A stretch of DNA of 64,000 nucleotides from positions 152,393-216,392 of the forward strand of contig CAYYKL010000001.1 in the NCBI GenBank assembly GCA_964441155.1, written 5' to 3'. This stretch comes from an uncultured Pseudomonadales bacterium. GTDB lineage: Bacteria > Patescibacteriota > Microgenomatia > UBA1400 > RBG-16-45-19. Numbering within the stretch: the stretch's first letter is position 1; each line of letters starts with the position of its first letter. This document shows, piece by piece, positions 1 through 10,615 of this stretch. The position numbers were made by a program, and so were the translations under genes. The notes beneath the pieces are model-generated. The model saw only the letters and a program-made list of their open reading frames with translations, had not been told where the DNA came from and ran no database searches.

Positions 1-1399
1 AAATGATTATCTGTCGGGAAAAAATGATTTTAATTATTTTAAAAGCCTAATGAAGCAAACACTTCAACAACCAGGCAATGAATTCGCTTTCGCAGTGCTT
101 GGACTTGAAAATAGCATGCATGCCGAATTTCAAGATGAATATTTCAAACAAATTAACTACATAAAAGAATTGTCTATGATTGACGAGCGAATTAAAATTG
201 TTACTGCAAACAATTTAAGAGACCTCGTTTTAGAAAATTCTCCATCTATACTTTCTGGCGGTGATTTAACAAACAACTCAAACGAGAAAGCATGGTGGAT
301 TACTACCAGCACCTACCGCTTAAGACTTCGATATGACGGCAATAATCTCTTCATAAACGATGCTAGACTCTACAGCGATTCAATTCCCGATCCCTATCTC
401 ACTGAGGCACTATCGCTACCTAATGGTTATTGGATCACTCCATTTATATTAGATAGTTCGCGCGTCAACAAAGAATTTGCAACCATGAACCAAAAACCTT
501 TTAGCTTATTAGAATCCATACTTGCAATAAGTCCATTCTCAACTCCCAAAGATTCTGGCCACTTTTTTGAACCTGGAGCCTCACCTGATTTAGGAAAAAC
601 ATCACCGGCTATCTACTTGCCGAAGCCAGACGCGACAAGCTTATTTAGCATTGAGCGCGCCAATTCGGAGATTAGTTTTAAATACTCGAGCAAAAAGAAT
701 ACACAAACGCTGATATTTCAGAATGATTCTTTCCAATTGCCTCAAAATACACACATCAGTAGCCTTACTTCAACTAGTCTAATTAACCTTGATCAATCCA
801 GTGACATTGTTTCAATTCCCTCTATTAAATTACATGAAAGTTCGCTCTCATGGATTAATGGCGAAGACAGTGCTTTCGGGTTGAATGTTGATAACAATAG
901 TGAGCGCTACGTGTTTACTCCATTCTTTAAAGAAAATATAGATTGGGTATTGATGCGGCAAAAATTTGCTTACACCTTTAACCCTGAGGCTCATGCAAAT
1001 ACATTAAGCAAAGAGAATACGATATTTTATGCACATAATCCGCAAGCAATTGCAGGAAATAATCCAGTTCGATTTATTCTTCAAGGTTACGACTCGGACA
1101 ATCTGCCAATTGCCATTAAGGATGTCAGTGTAGACACACAAAATGATTCTGAGGTTTCAGTGCAGACACATAAACCAACTCAATTCAATGGTGGATGGTG
1201 GATCGATATATCAAGCCAAAGTTCCGGCACAAAAGATGTTCAAATTAATTTTGACAACATCTCGCGAACTACCAAAGCATATTTTATTGAAAACTGCAGA
1301 ACTCATGCAATCAACTGCGTTAAAAATCCCCTTCAAGGAGCACAGTTTCTAAAAGTGAAATTATTGGCGAAAATTGAGTCATTATCACATAAATGGTAA
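1..1399 (+). CDS. Hypothetical protein, 5'-partial, probably exported, with a possible Ig-like C-terminal region
   Basis: Frame is open from position 2 (NDYLSGKNDFNYFKSL-M), so the gene starts upstream of the window; no family motif recognised. Confidence 0.6.
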   Translation, partial: NDYLSGKNDFNYFKSLMKQTLQQPGNEFAFAVLGLENSMHAEFQDEYFKQINYIKELSMIDERIKIVTANNLRDLVLENSPSILSGGDLTNNSNEKAWWITTSTYRLRLRYDGNNLFINDARLYSDSIPDPYLTEALSLPNGYWITPFILDSSRVNKEFATMNQKPFSLLESILAISPFSTPKDSGHFFEPGASPDLGKTSPAIYLPKPDATSLFSIERANSEISFKYSSKKNTQTLIFQNDSFQLPQNTHISSLTSTSLINLDQSSDIVSIPSIKLHESSLSWINGEDSAFGLNVDNNSERYVFTPFFKENIDWVLMRQKFAYTFNPEAHANTLSKENTIFYAHNPQAIAGNNPVRFILQGYDSDNLPIAIKDVSVDTQNDSEVSVQTHKPTQFNGGWWIDISSQSSGTKDVQINFDNISRTTKAYFIENCRTHAINCVKNPLQGAQFLKVKLLAKIESLSHKW

Positions 1400-1402
1400 T
1401 GC

Positions 1403-3667
1403 CTATTGTCTCTTAGATGAAAGTTTAGGTTTGATTATTTGAATTGCGATACATGTTGCAAGCGTTGCTATGCTTGCTAGCATACCTAAACACATGTTTT
1501 TCGGAATATATTTCAACTCAACTAAATTATTTCCTGAATGAATACCTAAAAGCCTCATGCCTTGGTAATTCTGAATCGCTGTTGGAACACCATTAATCCG
1601 TGCTTGCCAATTCTTATCATACCTATCTGCAATTATGACACTTTGCTGATTTCTTAAGTTGTTGAACTCAAACTTAATCGTGTTAGGAGTTTCTTGAAAA
1701 CTGCTAAATTCGATGTCTGAATCATTTGCATAACGAATTCTGAGCAATGCATCGAGATGATACGTAGAAATTGAATCTAGCCCATTCATCAAGGGGTAAT
1801 TGCTGAACTGCTTTCCTGGATCAAATTGGTTATCAACAATAAGCGTGTCAACGCTCCATTCCTTTAACAACGGGTTTTTGAGGTCAATGTAATCGATAAA
1901 ATTTATGCGCGGCTCTTTTGATGTTTGCCAAATTGAGGCAAAATCTTTAGGCAACAAAGTTGCATAACCATTGATAATAGGGATATTAAATGGCATATTC
2001 CAATTGGGTGTTTTGGAACTAATTAGATTGTTCAACCGGTTAATTTGGAGGGTGCCGCTCAAGTTTTGAGTTGATTTTGAAAAAGGTTTTTTTAGAGATA
2101 TTTCTTCCCAATAGGAATTGAAGTCGATATATGGTTGATTGGTATTATTTGTAATTTTCCTGGAAAGTGTTTGAAATTGTGAAGACAATTGATTGTTTTC
2201 ACGTATTTTTTCCCAGGTTGGGAATATATTTTTTGGTCCAAAAAATAACACGCCTTGCGTGTGGACAATAAGGTCAAGTGTTATTAATACAACCACAAGA
2301 AAATAGCGCTTGCTTCGCAAAGCCAAGAGCACAAGCCATGAAAAAAGTAAAACTAGGCTGAAATCAGCAAGTATGACTTGAAAGATTTTATGATCTTTTT
2401 CTAGTGTATGAAAATGGCTTTGAGATAATACATTGCCCAGAATAACATTTGTTTTACTCCACAACAGGGAGAATTGTTGGGCAGGCCAAAGCACAATTAA
2501 GAGACTGATACAGAAAAGCATCACGATAGGCAAAATCTTTGAAGCTATTATCGTTAATTGAAGTTTTCCCAGTAAAAAAATTTGTTGAGGAATAAGCAGA
2601 CTAGCGAAAAAAGTTATGGGAATCATTGCCATTGAAGGGTATCGGGCAAATTTCAACATTGGTAGCAACTCAAAAACCGAATGAAACCCGGGTATATACG
2701 AGCCCAGTGAAAATAAAAATAACCCACCAAAAACTATCAGCCAATATCGATTGCGCTTCAAAAAGATACCCAACCCCAAAAGACCTGGCAATCCAAAATA
2801 GAAGAGGGCGTGGGGAAAGCCAGCAAATGCAGGACCCCAACGAAAGCCCGCTGACGGTAAGTCGAATAGATAGGGCAAAATAATTTTTGGCAACATCATT
2901 GGATTTAGCGATCCAACCATTGCTTGTGTCGAATTTTGGATCGACCGTGTTGATTCACTTAAAACTCTCACAAACGGAAGCCAGGCTAAAGCCGTGATGC
3001 CCAAGACAATTAACCCAGATTTCATCCAATTTAGCATCCATGCTCGCATTTGAAAGTTTTTATGCTTTATTGTGAGACATACATCAAGAAGAACTGTCGT
3101 CATAATTGAATAAAGAACATGTTGTGGGTAACCTGCCATGAATTGTGCAAGTATTAATAAGCCAAAAATAATTCTTCCCCATTTTTTCTTAGTTAAATTG
3201 AGCGATCCTAGCACCACCCAGGGAAACCACGCAATTGATTGAAGTGTCACTATGTTGTTAATTGAATACGTCAACTGAGGCGAAAAAGTCCACATTATCA
3301 TCGCGAGCGCTGCTTGTCTGCTATTTGGCAATATATTTTTGGCAACAAAATACATCCCTATTCCTGTAAAAAACAGATGTGATGCAATAGTGATATTCAG
3401 TGCGTGAGATGGATCAAAAAGTAGAAAAAATAGTTGAGTAGGATAAAACACGAACTGAGAAATATCCTCCGCCCAGGGTATGCCGGCAAAAATTGTTGGA
3501 TTCCACCACGGGATGATTCCCTGCCTTAGCCAATAGGCGGAATACATTTTAACCGGCACTTGCAGAGAAACATTGTCTCCAAATGAAAACGTATTTCCAA
3601 AAAAAACTGGGAATATTCTAACTACTACACCAATAATGAGAATTATTAACCAATACCATTTTTTCAT
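1403..3667 (-). CDS. YfhO-like multi-pass membrane protein (GT-C fold glycosyltransferase-like)
   Basis: PWWNPTIFAGIP, YP motif, many TM segments, C-terminal D-R-YDKNWQARING..Y.P typical of YfhO. Confidence 0.75.
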   Translation of the reverse strand: MKKWYWLIILIIGVVVRIFPVFFGNTFSFGDNVSLQVPVKMYSAYWLRQGIIPWWNPTIFAGIPWAEDISQFVFYPTQLFFLLFDPSHALNITIASHLFFTGIGMYFVAKNILPNSRQAALAMIMWTFSPQLTYSINNIVTLQSIAWFPWVVLGSLNLTKKKWGRIIFGLLILAQFMAGYPQHVLYSIMTTVLLDVCLTIKHKNFQMRAWMLNWMKSGLIVLGITALAWLPFVRVLSESTRSIQNSTQAMVGSLNPMMLPKIILPYLFDLPSAGFRWGPAFAGFPHALFYFGLPGLLGLGIFLKRNRYWLIVFGGLFLFSLGSYIPGFHSVFELLPMLKFARYPSMAMIPITFFASLLIPQQIFLLGKLQLTIIASKILPIVMLFCISLLIVLWPAQQFSLLWSKTNVILGNVLSQSHFHTLEKDHKIFQVILADFSLVLLFSWLVLLALRSKRYFLVVVLITLDLIVHTQGVLFFGPKNIFPTWEKIRENNQLSSQFQTLSRKITNNTNQPYIDFNSYWEEISLKKPFSKSTQNLSGTLQINRLNNLISSKTPNWNMPFNIPIINGYATLLPKDFASIWQTSKEPRINFIDYIDLKNPLLKEWSVDTLIVDNQFDPGKQFSNYPLMNGLDSISTYHLDALLRIRYANDSDIEFSSFQETPNTIKFEFNNLRNQQSVIIADRYDKNWQARINGVPTAIQNYQGMRLLGIHSGNNLVELKYIPKNMCLGMLASIATLATCIAIQIIKPKLSSKRQ

Positions 3668-4929
3668 TTATCTGCTTTTAAGAATGTGTTTAACCCCAAT
3701 TGAAAATTAGTTACTTGGACGTGCTTAAATCCAGCATCAGAAAAAATCTTATATAATCGTGATTTCGTAAAATAATTTTTGTGCTGAGCAATCATGTCTG
3801 GTCTGACGATCCGAACCTTAGCTAAAAACTCCAATATCGGCTTAACTGGAGGTGCTGGAACAGTTAGCAGCACTTGACCACCTTTTTTAGTTATGCGATG
3901 CAATTCTTTCACTACTTGCTCTGGGTAATCTAAATGCTCAAGTACTGCAAGCATTGTAACGGTGTCTGCAAATTCTGCGGGGAGTGGGAGATACTCATCA
4001 AAATTGGCGTATTTTATTTCGATGTTGTTTTCTTTTCGGTCAACAACGGCAATATCTAAGCCAATTAGTTTAAAGAATTTGTTTTGAAATGCTAAAAGTG
4101 TAAGTGGTGGATCGTCACAGCCAACATCAACCAATACTTCAGCTGGCTTTACATATTGAACGACTGGTCTCATGCGAAGTTTTCGCAGCATTGGCTCAAT
4201 TGACCAAATAGGCACTTCGCCTGCTGCATGATTATTTCTCAATCGTATACTGATAATCGTGGCGAGCGCATCAAATCCATCTTTCCAACTTATTTTTTTG
4301 CCCTCCGCATAAGTTCTAGCCGCATAAGAAATGGGTACTTCAACAAGTTTTTCTCCACGCGACAACAATTTACACGTAATTTCTGGTTCAATCGAAAATG
4401 AGTTGGCAGACAATCGAATTGAGCGCATGAGATCAGTGGGAATCACCTTATATCCTGTTTCCATGTCCATGAGAATTGAATTGAATAGGATGTTAACGAC
4501 AAAATTCAAGAACTTATTGCCGACCAAGTGCCAAAAAAACATATTTGTATGGACACCAGTTAAGCGATTGCCATATACCACCGTTGCTCTCCCTCGCTTA
4601 ATGGGATCCAAAAGCTTAGGGATATCAATTGGATCGTATTCTAGATCAGCGTCTTGGATTAACACGTAATTGCCTGTCACTTGTTCAAGTCCAGTGCGAA
4701 TTGCTGCGCCTTTACCCTGATTCTTCTCGTGTTTAATTAGGTGAATTTTGTATGATGATGGCTTAAAGCCTTGAACAATTTTATTGGTGTTGTCAATTGA
4801 AGCGTCATCTACAACAATCACTTCAAACACGAGCTTCGTTTTATCAAGTGCTTTCAATACGCGTTGAATAGTTTTAGCCTCGTTGTACGCAGGAATGAGC
4901 ACGGATAGTGTAATTTCGTTTTGTTTCAT
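3664..4929 (-). CDS. GT2 (DPM1-like) glycosyltransferase fused to a class I SAM-dependent methyltransferase
   Basis: SVLIPAYNE, VVDDASID, QDADLEYDP, DMETGYK, then a C-terminal VDVGCD / AVLEHL / KKGGQVLL methyltransferase domain; start moved to ATG 4929 to avoid overlap with the upstream gene. Confidence 0.85.
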   Translation of the reverse strand: MKQNEITLSVLIPAYNEAKTIQRVLKALDKTKLVFEVIVVDDASIDNTNKIVQGFKPSSYKIHLIKHEKNQGKGAAIRTGLEQVTGNYVLIQDADLEYDPIDIPKLLDPIKRGRATVVYGNRLTGVHTNMFFWHLVGNKFLNFVVNILFNSILMDMETGYKVIPTDLMRSIRLSANSFSIEPEITCKLLSRGEKLVEVPISYAARTYAEGKKISWKDGFDALATIISIRLRNNHAAGEVPIWSIEPMLRKLRMRPVVQYVKPAEVLVDVGCDDPPLTLLAFQNKFFKLIGLDIAVVDRKENNIEIKYANFDEYLPLPAEFADTVTMLAVLEHLDYPEQVVKELHRITKKGGQVLLTVPAPPVKPILEFLAKVRIVRPDMIAQHKNYFTKSRLYKIFSDAGFKHVQVTNFQLGLNTFLKADK

Positions 4930-4931
4930 GA

Positions 4932-5810
4932 TTAGATTTTTAATTTCCTTCTTAATTGCCAAAGTGTTCGTTTCATCCCAGTAGTACTAATCACATTGTG
5001 GTTTGCTCGCCAATATGCCATGTCTCTCATGAGAGCTGTCAGCGCCTTGTCCGGATTGAGTTGGAATTCTTTTTTACCCGTTGTCTCCCATGATTTTATG
5101 CTCAATAAACTCTCATACATAGCTTGTAGCATTGCAATGTTTAAACCCAGTACACCATCTTTATGGCCTTCATGATAGAAATACTTACTGAAAAACTCAT
5201 TATAAAATGCGCTAAGTGAATCTTTTCGATCCACACTTTTCTCTGCAACTTTTATCGAGGTGTAGTGATTGGTTCTGGCTACGTATTCGCTCACCGATTC
5301 GTAGTTATGGTGTAGTATGGCTATATTTTCTTGTGCATCAAGCACACCCACTAATCCGTTTACTTTTGGTTGCGCGTGAATTGTTTTGGGCCAAAGAACT
5401 GAATCTTTTCTAAATAATCGAACCACATAATCTGGCCACCAGGCTGCATGTCTTGGCCACATGCCAAACATAATGTTTTTTCGGGGGATTTTCCAGGCAA
5501 CTTCCCTGCCAGAAATTAATTGGGGAATTTTATTCACCAAACCAGGTTGCAACTGCTCATCTGCATCCAGCACCAAAACCCACTCATGCGAAGCTTTTTC
5601 AATCCCAAACATTCGAGCTGGCTCAACATAACCCACATCCTCGTGTTGAAAAATATTTGCTCCATGTTTCTTTGCAAGCATAACCGAATTGTCGCTGCTC
5701 TCCATATCAATCACTACGAGCTCTTGAGCGAAACTGGCCGATTGCAACGCTTTTTCGAGCGTTTTAGCGGAATTCCGTGTGTGAATGATTACTGAAATTG
5801 GGTGTTTCAT
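4932..5810 (-). CDS. GT2 glycosyltransferase (WaaE/KdtX-like beta-1,4-glucosyltransferase group)
   Basis: ISVIIHTRNS, VIDMESSD, WVLVLDADE, WWPDYVVRLFR. Confidence 0.85.
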   Translation of the reverse strand: MKHPISVIIHTRNSAKTLEKALQSASFAQELVVIDMESSDNSVMLAKKHGANIFQHEDVGYVEPARMFGIEKASHEWVLVLDADEQLQPGLVNKIPQLISGREVAWKIPRKNIMFGMWPRHAAWWPDYVVRLFRKDSVLWPKTIHAQPKVNGLVGVLDAQENIAILHHNYESVSEYVARTNHYTSIKVAEKSVDRKDSLSAFYNEFFSKYFYHEGHKDGVLGLNIAMLQAMYESLLSIKSWETTGKKEFQLNPDKALTALMRDMAYWRANHNVISTTGMKRTLWQLRRKLKI

Positions 5811-5829
5811 TGGTGAACTTACTATAACG

Positions 5830-7278
5830 TTATTTTCTTACAATCTCTATCATTTCTTGTTGAATACGCCTAAATCCAAACAGTGCCAACGCAGTCACAT
5901 ACACAACAAACCCAACACAAACCAACGCTATCACCCCTCTCATACCAATGGAGGTAATTGAGCTCGTAAGCAAGAGTGCCAAAGCCATAATAATGGTTGC
6001 AATCAGTGGTAACCAGACGTTTCGCCAAAACCTAATCGGAATTATTTTTTTAATTATTGATAAAGCCCAAAGGCTCGTGCTTCCAATCACCCCACTCGCC
6101 ACTGCAACCCCGGTAAAGCCAAACCGCATCACTAGAATTGGGGTCAATGTCCAGGTCAGAGCTGTCCAAAATAGCATCAATTTAAGTGTAGTATCAATTT
6201 TCCCAATTGCGTTGAGCGTGTTGGTGAGTGGTGTGGTTATGGCAGAGAAAGCAATATTCAAGCAAAACCAGATTAACGCCGGAATTGCAGGCAACCATTT
6301 GGTGTATTGAGGGATAGAGCGCAACAGAATCGGGGCCACTATACTCATTCCAGCAAGAATAGGAAAGATCACGATGGCAATAAAAAATATACTTTTTTCA
6401 ACTGCTTTTGCCAGACGTTTCTGATCATCTTGAAGTCGGCTATACGTTGGAAACGTAACTGCAATGACATTTTGAACTGAAAATTGATAGGGAAACATGC
6501 TCCAGCGTTTCGCCCACCCAATGTATCCCATTTGTGCTGAAGGCAACCACCAAGCCAAAAAAACAATAAATAAGTCATCTTTAATTCTGGCTAAAAAATC
6601 ATTGAGTTGAAACTTTAAGCCAAAACTGAACATGGCCTTGAAAGACGCTTTGTCCAAAGCTAGGCCGATGGGCCAACTTTGTAATGCGTACATGCACATG
6701 ACACCCACCAGTGAGCGAGCAAGAATTGCTACAGAATAACTTTTGACGCCAAATCCTGCTCGCGCCATCCATACTGCAATACTGTAGAAAAGTAGTGTTT
6801 CGATAATTTGAGGAATCATCAGCCGGTTAAACTTAAGCTGGCGTTCCAATAAGACAGATGGCATCGTCTTAAGACTGGACAACACAAAAGAAAAGGCCAG
6901 AGAATAGAGCAAGGCCAACCCCTGTTCATCTAGATGGCTGACTCGTTTCCACAATGGAGTTGCTGCGAGTGTTAAAGTGAAAATACCCAGAGACAATCCC
7001 AACTGCACAGTAAAAGCAGTTCTCAATTCTTTCTTGGTTGGTTCATGGGGTTGTTGGACTAACCGAGCAGCCAAACCGACATCGGACATAAAAGTAAACA
7101 GACCCATGATCGAAACGACCGCAAAATATATGCCAAAATCACTTGGAGAGAGGTAAGCAGAAAGTAATCCAGTTGCGATGATTGCCACCACTTGCAGAAA
7201 ACCAGTTCGAATCATGTATCCCACTACCCCACTGACTGAGCGGCGCTTGAGTTCTGCAGGGTTCAATTTATTTTTCAT
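5830..7278 (-). CDS. Oligosaccharide flippase (Wzx/WzxC-like, MOP superfamily)
   Basis: LSPSDFGIY, DVGLAARLVQ, 12-14 TM segments, context among glycosyltransferases. Confidence 0.85.
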   Translation of the reverse strand: MKNKLNPAELKRRSVSGVVGYMIRTGFLQVVAIIATGLLSAYLSPSDFGIYFAVVSIMGLFTFMSDVGLAARLVQQPHEPTKKELRTAFTVQLGLSLGIFTLTLAATPLWKRVSHLDEQGLALLYSLAFSFVLSSLKTMPSVLLERQLKFNRLMIPQIIETLLFYSIAVWMARAGFGVKSYSVAILARSLVGVMCMYALQSWPIGLALDKASFKAMFSFGLKFQLNDFLARIKDDLFIVFLAWWLPSAQMGYIGWAKRWSMFPYQFSVQNVIAVTFPTYSRLQDDQKRLAKAVEKSIFFIAIVIFPILAGMSIVAPILLRSIPQYTKWLPAIPALIWFCLNIAFSAITTPLTNTLNAIGKIDTTLKLMLFWTALTWTLTPILVMRFGFTGVAVASGVIGSTSLWALSIIKKIIPIRFWRNVWLPLIATIIMALALLLTSSITSIGMRGVIALVCVGFVVYVTALALFGFRRIQQEMIEIVRK

Positions 7279-7303
7279 ACTATTTGGAATGCTATACGCT
7301 GTA

Positions 7304-9109
7304 TTATGGCCTACTCAAGCTTCGTTTCATAGTTAATGCAAAGAATTTAAGCGTTTGGCTCATGCCATACACAATGACAAATACCCAGCTAATCGCGCTG
7401 GTGATATTGGCTACTTTTCGCAATGCTGTTTCCGACCACGAAACACTTAGTATCCGAGGGATTGATGATGGGGGTAGCATGTATTCCATAACTGGCAAAT
7501 CAGATGCAACTGTATGAGGCACCTTGACCCCTTCAATCTTCCATTGCCAGCCAGGAAAATTAAAAATATTGGCTCGAATCGTTGTTGGTTGGCTTGTTGG
7601 TGGAACAACAGCTTGAGCAATTGAGGCTGAATCTTTTTGAATCGCAAGCAGTGTGGGAGGAATAGTTTCAAATCGGGACGCTGGAGGATCAAGTTTTTTC
7701 TTCGCATCGGTTACGATTGCACTAAGATTAGGATGGATATAATCAGGGATTGTTTTTGAAAGATCCGTAGAGATAAATCCCTGATTTGCTATTGAAGCTA
7801 CACTTGAATACTTTGTTTCTGGATTAGGTTTAAAATTTTGAACTTCAAATAATAAAAGTGCAAAAATAACGACTGAAAGCACTTTTGCATTTTGTTTACT
7901 TTGAATCGAATACATTGTGGACGAGAATAGAAGTGGCAGTACCAGCAGAGCAAGAGACAGAAACCGCCACGGAAATTGCAAGAAACTCATTTGCCCAAAT
8001 ATGTTCCAAATTAACTGTGACTTTTGACTGGTTAAAAACAAGGTCGCGATAACAATAAGGATCCAGAAAAAAACGTCTGATTTTAACAGCTTTTTTCTAG
8101 ATTTTTTGAAAAGCTTGACACCCATTGCAATGCTGGACAAAATCACGAGCCAACCAGCGGCTCCCAATGAAAAACTAATGCCATCATGAATACCCTCAAT
8201 TGAACCGCCGTATTTGAATTCAGAAAAAAACAACTGCTTCCAATAGACAAAATGTTGAGCATACCCGCCAGCAATACTCGAAAGCTCATCTACTGACGTG
8301 TGTTGTTTTTCAAAATACATAGGAAATAAAAAGAAGGCTGCCATACCAATACCAAGTGAAGTTCCGAAAACAATATATTTCAAAATACTTTTTTGTGTGT
8401 GGGATGGCTTGCCAAGCTGCGCAGCGATTACTGCAAGTATCAATGGCAACCCCATGAGCATCATAAGATTGTGTGACAAAAAAAATAATGCCAAGCTCAG
8501 TGCAAATAAAACCGCTCGATTGAAGGAAGGAGTACGGAATACATTTTGCAACGTCAACAGAGCAACCACTAAGAGCCAAATCCCCCAAAGCTCACCTAAT
8601 GCGCCTCGAACGTAGATGTCAACGGCTCGGTAAGGCAAGTAGGTAAACAGTGCCGCCGAGACAAGCGGAACCAAAAACTGCTTGCCTCCATTTCTGACCA
8701 AGTAGAACATGGCAATGCTCGATCCCCAAGTCGAAAGAAAGAAAAGCAAGGCCACACTCGTTGATGCCGAGATACCAAGAAGGACAAGCAGGGACCCAAG
8801 ATAATATGGCAGAGGCGCGTAAAATGAAAATAGTGGCATACCATAACCAAAGCCTAAATTTTGCGACCATCGAGGGGGGAATTGACCTGAGTTGAGGGTG
8901 TTGACCATTTCAGTAATTCGACCGACGTGCGTGTAATCATGACCGACGAACAAGGGTGAATCAAATAGGTGAAAGGTGGCTGGTAATACCAGAATCAAAC
9001 ACCATAGAGACGGAAGGAAGTAATCGCTTATACGGCACATCAAAGCGGATTTGACAAATGTTTCTTGAAGTTTGAGAAATAATTTTTCCATGATTAATCT
9101 GGTGTGCAA
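7304..9109 (-). CDS. Membrane protein, 6-pyruvoyl-tetrahydropterin-synthase-related (GT-C-like) family
   Basis: GHD..H..R, FPPRW..LGFGYG.PLFSFYAPL, RGALGE, SHNL, QFPWRFL; true start may be ATG 9091. Confidence 0.75.
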   Translation of the reverse strand: MHTRLIMEKLFLKLQETFVKSALMCRISDYFLPSLWCLILVLPATFHLFDSPLFVGHDYTHVGRITEMVNTLNSGQFPPRWSQNLGFGYGMPLFSFYAPLPYYLGSLLVLLGISASTSVALLFFLSTWGSSIAMFYLVRNGGKQFLVPLVSAALFTYLPYRAVDIYVRGALGELWGIWLLVVALLTLQNVFRTPSFNRAVLFALSLALFFLSHNLMMLMGLPLILAVIAAQLGKPSHTQKSILKYIVFGTSLGIGMAAFFLFPMYFEKQHTSVDELSSIAGGYAQHFVYWKQLFFSEFKYGGSIEGIHDGISFSLGAAGWLVILSSIAMGVKLFKKSRKKLLKSDVFFWILIVIATLFLTSQKSQLIWNIFGQMSFLQFPWRFLSLALLVLPLLFSSTMYSIQSKQNAKVLSVVIFALLLFEVQNFKPNPETKYSSVASIANQGFISTDLSKTIPDYIHPNLSAIVTDAKKKLDPPASRFETIPPTLLAIQKDSASIAQAVVPPTSQPTTIRANIFNFPGWQWKIEGVKVPHTVASDLPVMEYMLPPSSIPRILSVSWSETALRKVANITSAISWVFVIVYGMSQTLKFFALTMKRSLSRP

Positions 9110-10579
9110 TTATTTTTCTTGAAATTCAAGTAATAACAGTGATGGCCCGCCAAATGGGCGAGGATACTTTTGAATTAAAACCAATCCTGGCGGAAGTGGG
9201 TTGCCCACAAACCGATGCTCGTTGACCACAATAAATTTCCGATCAAAACCTGGTGTTTCAGCAAGGAACTTGGGAACACCGAATATAGGCAAGCCCACAC
9301 CTTCAACGCGCATATTATCAAGCTCTGGCTTTCCATCAAGATATATCATTAGGCCATCAGGGAGTGTGCCAAAAAAACCCTCTGTCGCAACCAATACTTT
9401 TTGCATTTTGGCTATTTCAAGGAAAAAGTCTGCCGACTCTTTAATGCCATGCCCAGAAGACCAATCAGTTAAAAATTGGACTCTGTCCTCAATGGGAAAT
9501 GGAGCGGCATTGGGCCTAAATATGAGGAAATAATTCCAATACATGCAATAACCAACGAATAATAACGCAACAATTATTCTGATTTTGGACGCTAAAGTGC
9601 TCAACGTAATGGTCATTAAAGGCACAATAAAAATAAGACTGGGCAAGATATATCTGGAGCTTAAAACTTTTCCAGTGACTAAAAAAGGTAATAACCAAAA
9701 AAACAACCCCAACAATAAATTTCGGGTAATATAATTTTTCTGTTTAATAAGGACTAAACACAATAACAAAAGAGGACTGCAATACATTAATAGCCATTTA
9801 CCCATGCGATAACCATTTATGGTCATAATGTGGAGCGGCCGAGCAACAATGTCGCCTAAACCATAGGCAAAATCAGCACTTCGATTGAATAAAAAAGGAA
9901 AGAATTCCGAAAAAGCCATTAACCCAAGCATACTTAAGCCCAACATGAAGCCTATGCTCATTTTGAACAAATGAAACCGATTTAATATAATTTTTCTTGA
10001 GTAGAATGTGTTAAAAAGTATCACTGGATAGATGGGTGAAAAGTAAAAAGCTGAAGTTTTAGTGATGAGTGCTAAACCCCAAAATAATCCCGGCAAGAGT
10101 GCGTGATAACGTGAAACAACACTCTTGCTAAGTATTTTGAAGTAAGCGTATGTACTCAACGCCAGCCAAAAAGTGAGTGTCATATCAATGAGTGCCATGC
10201 GGCCATACATTACCGAAAAAGGAAGAAGCATCCAAATAAAAAATGCTATCCAAAATTGAGATCGTTTATGAGAAACCTGATATGCAATTCCGGCAATTAC
10301 TACTCCGCTCGCCAATCCCATCACCACTGAAAACGCTCTGGCCATCCACAAAGCATTAAGTTTAAGCGGAACTAAAAGCGATATTAGCCAGATATAAAGC
10401 GGAGATTTTCCATCATACAGTGGAAAAAAGGCAAATTTTTCTGGCTCTCTAAAAAAATATTGACTCCAGCGTATATAAATTGCTTCATCGGCAAATACTG
10501 GCAAACCCGTTAAGTTAATGAGTAAAAGTAACCCAAAAAATAAACAAATGCATATTAAAAGAAGAGTTTCTCGGCGCAT
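9110..10579 (-). CDS. ArnT/PMT-like (GT39/GT83) membrane glycosyltransferase
   Basis: PVFADEAIYIRW, DGKSPLY.W, RMALID, LITKT; TACAAT lies 7 nt upstream of ATG 10579. Confidence 0.75.
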   Translation of the reverse strand: MRRETLLLICICLFFGLLLLINLTGLPVFADEAIYIRWSQYFFREPEKFAFFPLYDGKSPLYIWLISLLVPLKLNALWMARAFSVVMGLASGVVIAGIAYQVSHKRSQFWIAFFIWMLLPFSVMYGRMALIDMTLTFWLALSTYAYFKILSKSVVSRYHALLPGLFWGLALITKTSAFYFSPIYPVILFNTFYSRKIILNRFHLFKMSIGFMLGLSMLGLMAFSEFFPFLFNRSADFAYGLGDIVARPLHIMTINGYRMGKWLLMYCSPLLLLCLVLIKQKNYITRNLLLGLFFWLLPFLVTGKVLSSRYILPSLIFIVPLMTITLSTLASKIRIIVALLFVGYCMYWNYFLIFRPNAAPFPIEDRVQFLTDWSSGHGIKESADFFLEIAKMQKVLVATEGFFGTLPDGLMIYLDGKPELDNMRVEGVGLPIFGVPKFLAETPGFDRKFIVVNEHRFVGNPLPPGLVLIQKYPRPFGGPSLLLLEFQEK

Positions 10580-10615
10580 GAGCATTATTGTATAGCATGT
10601 TAGCTCGCTTCACAT

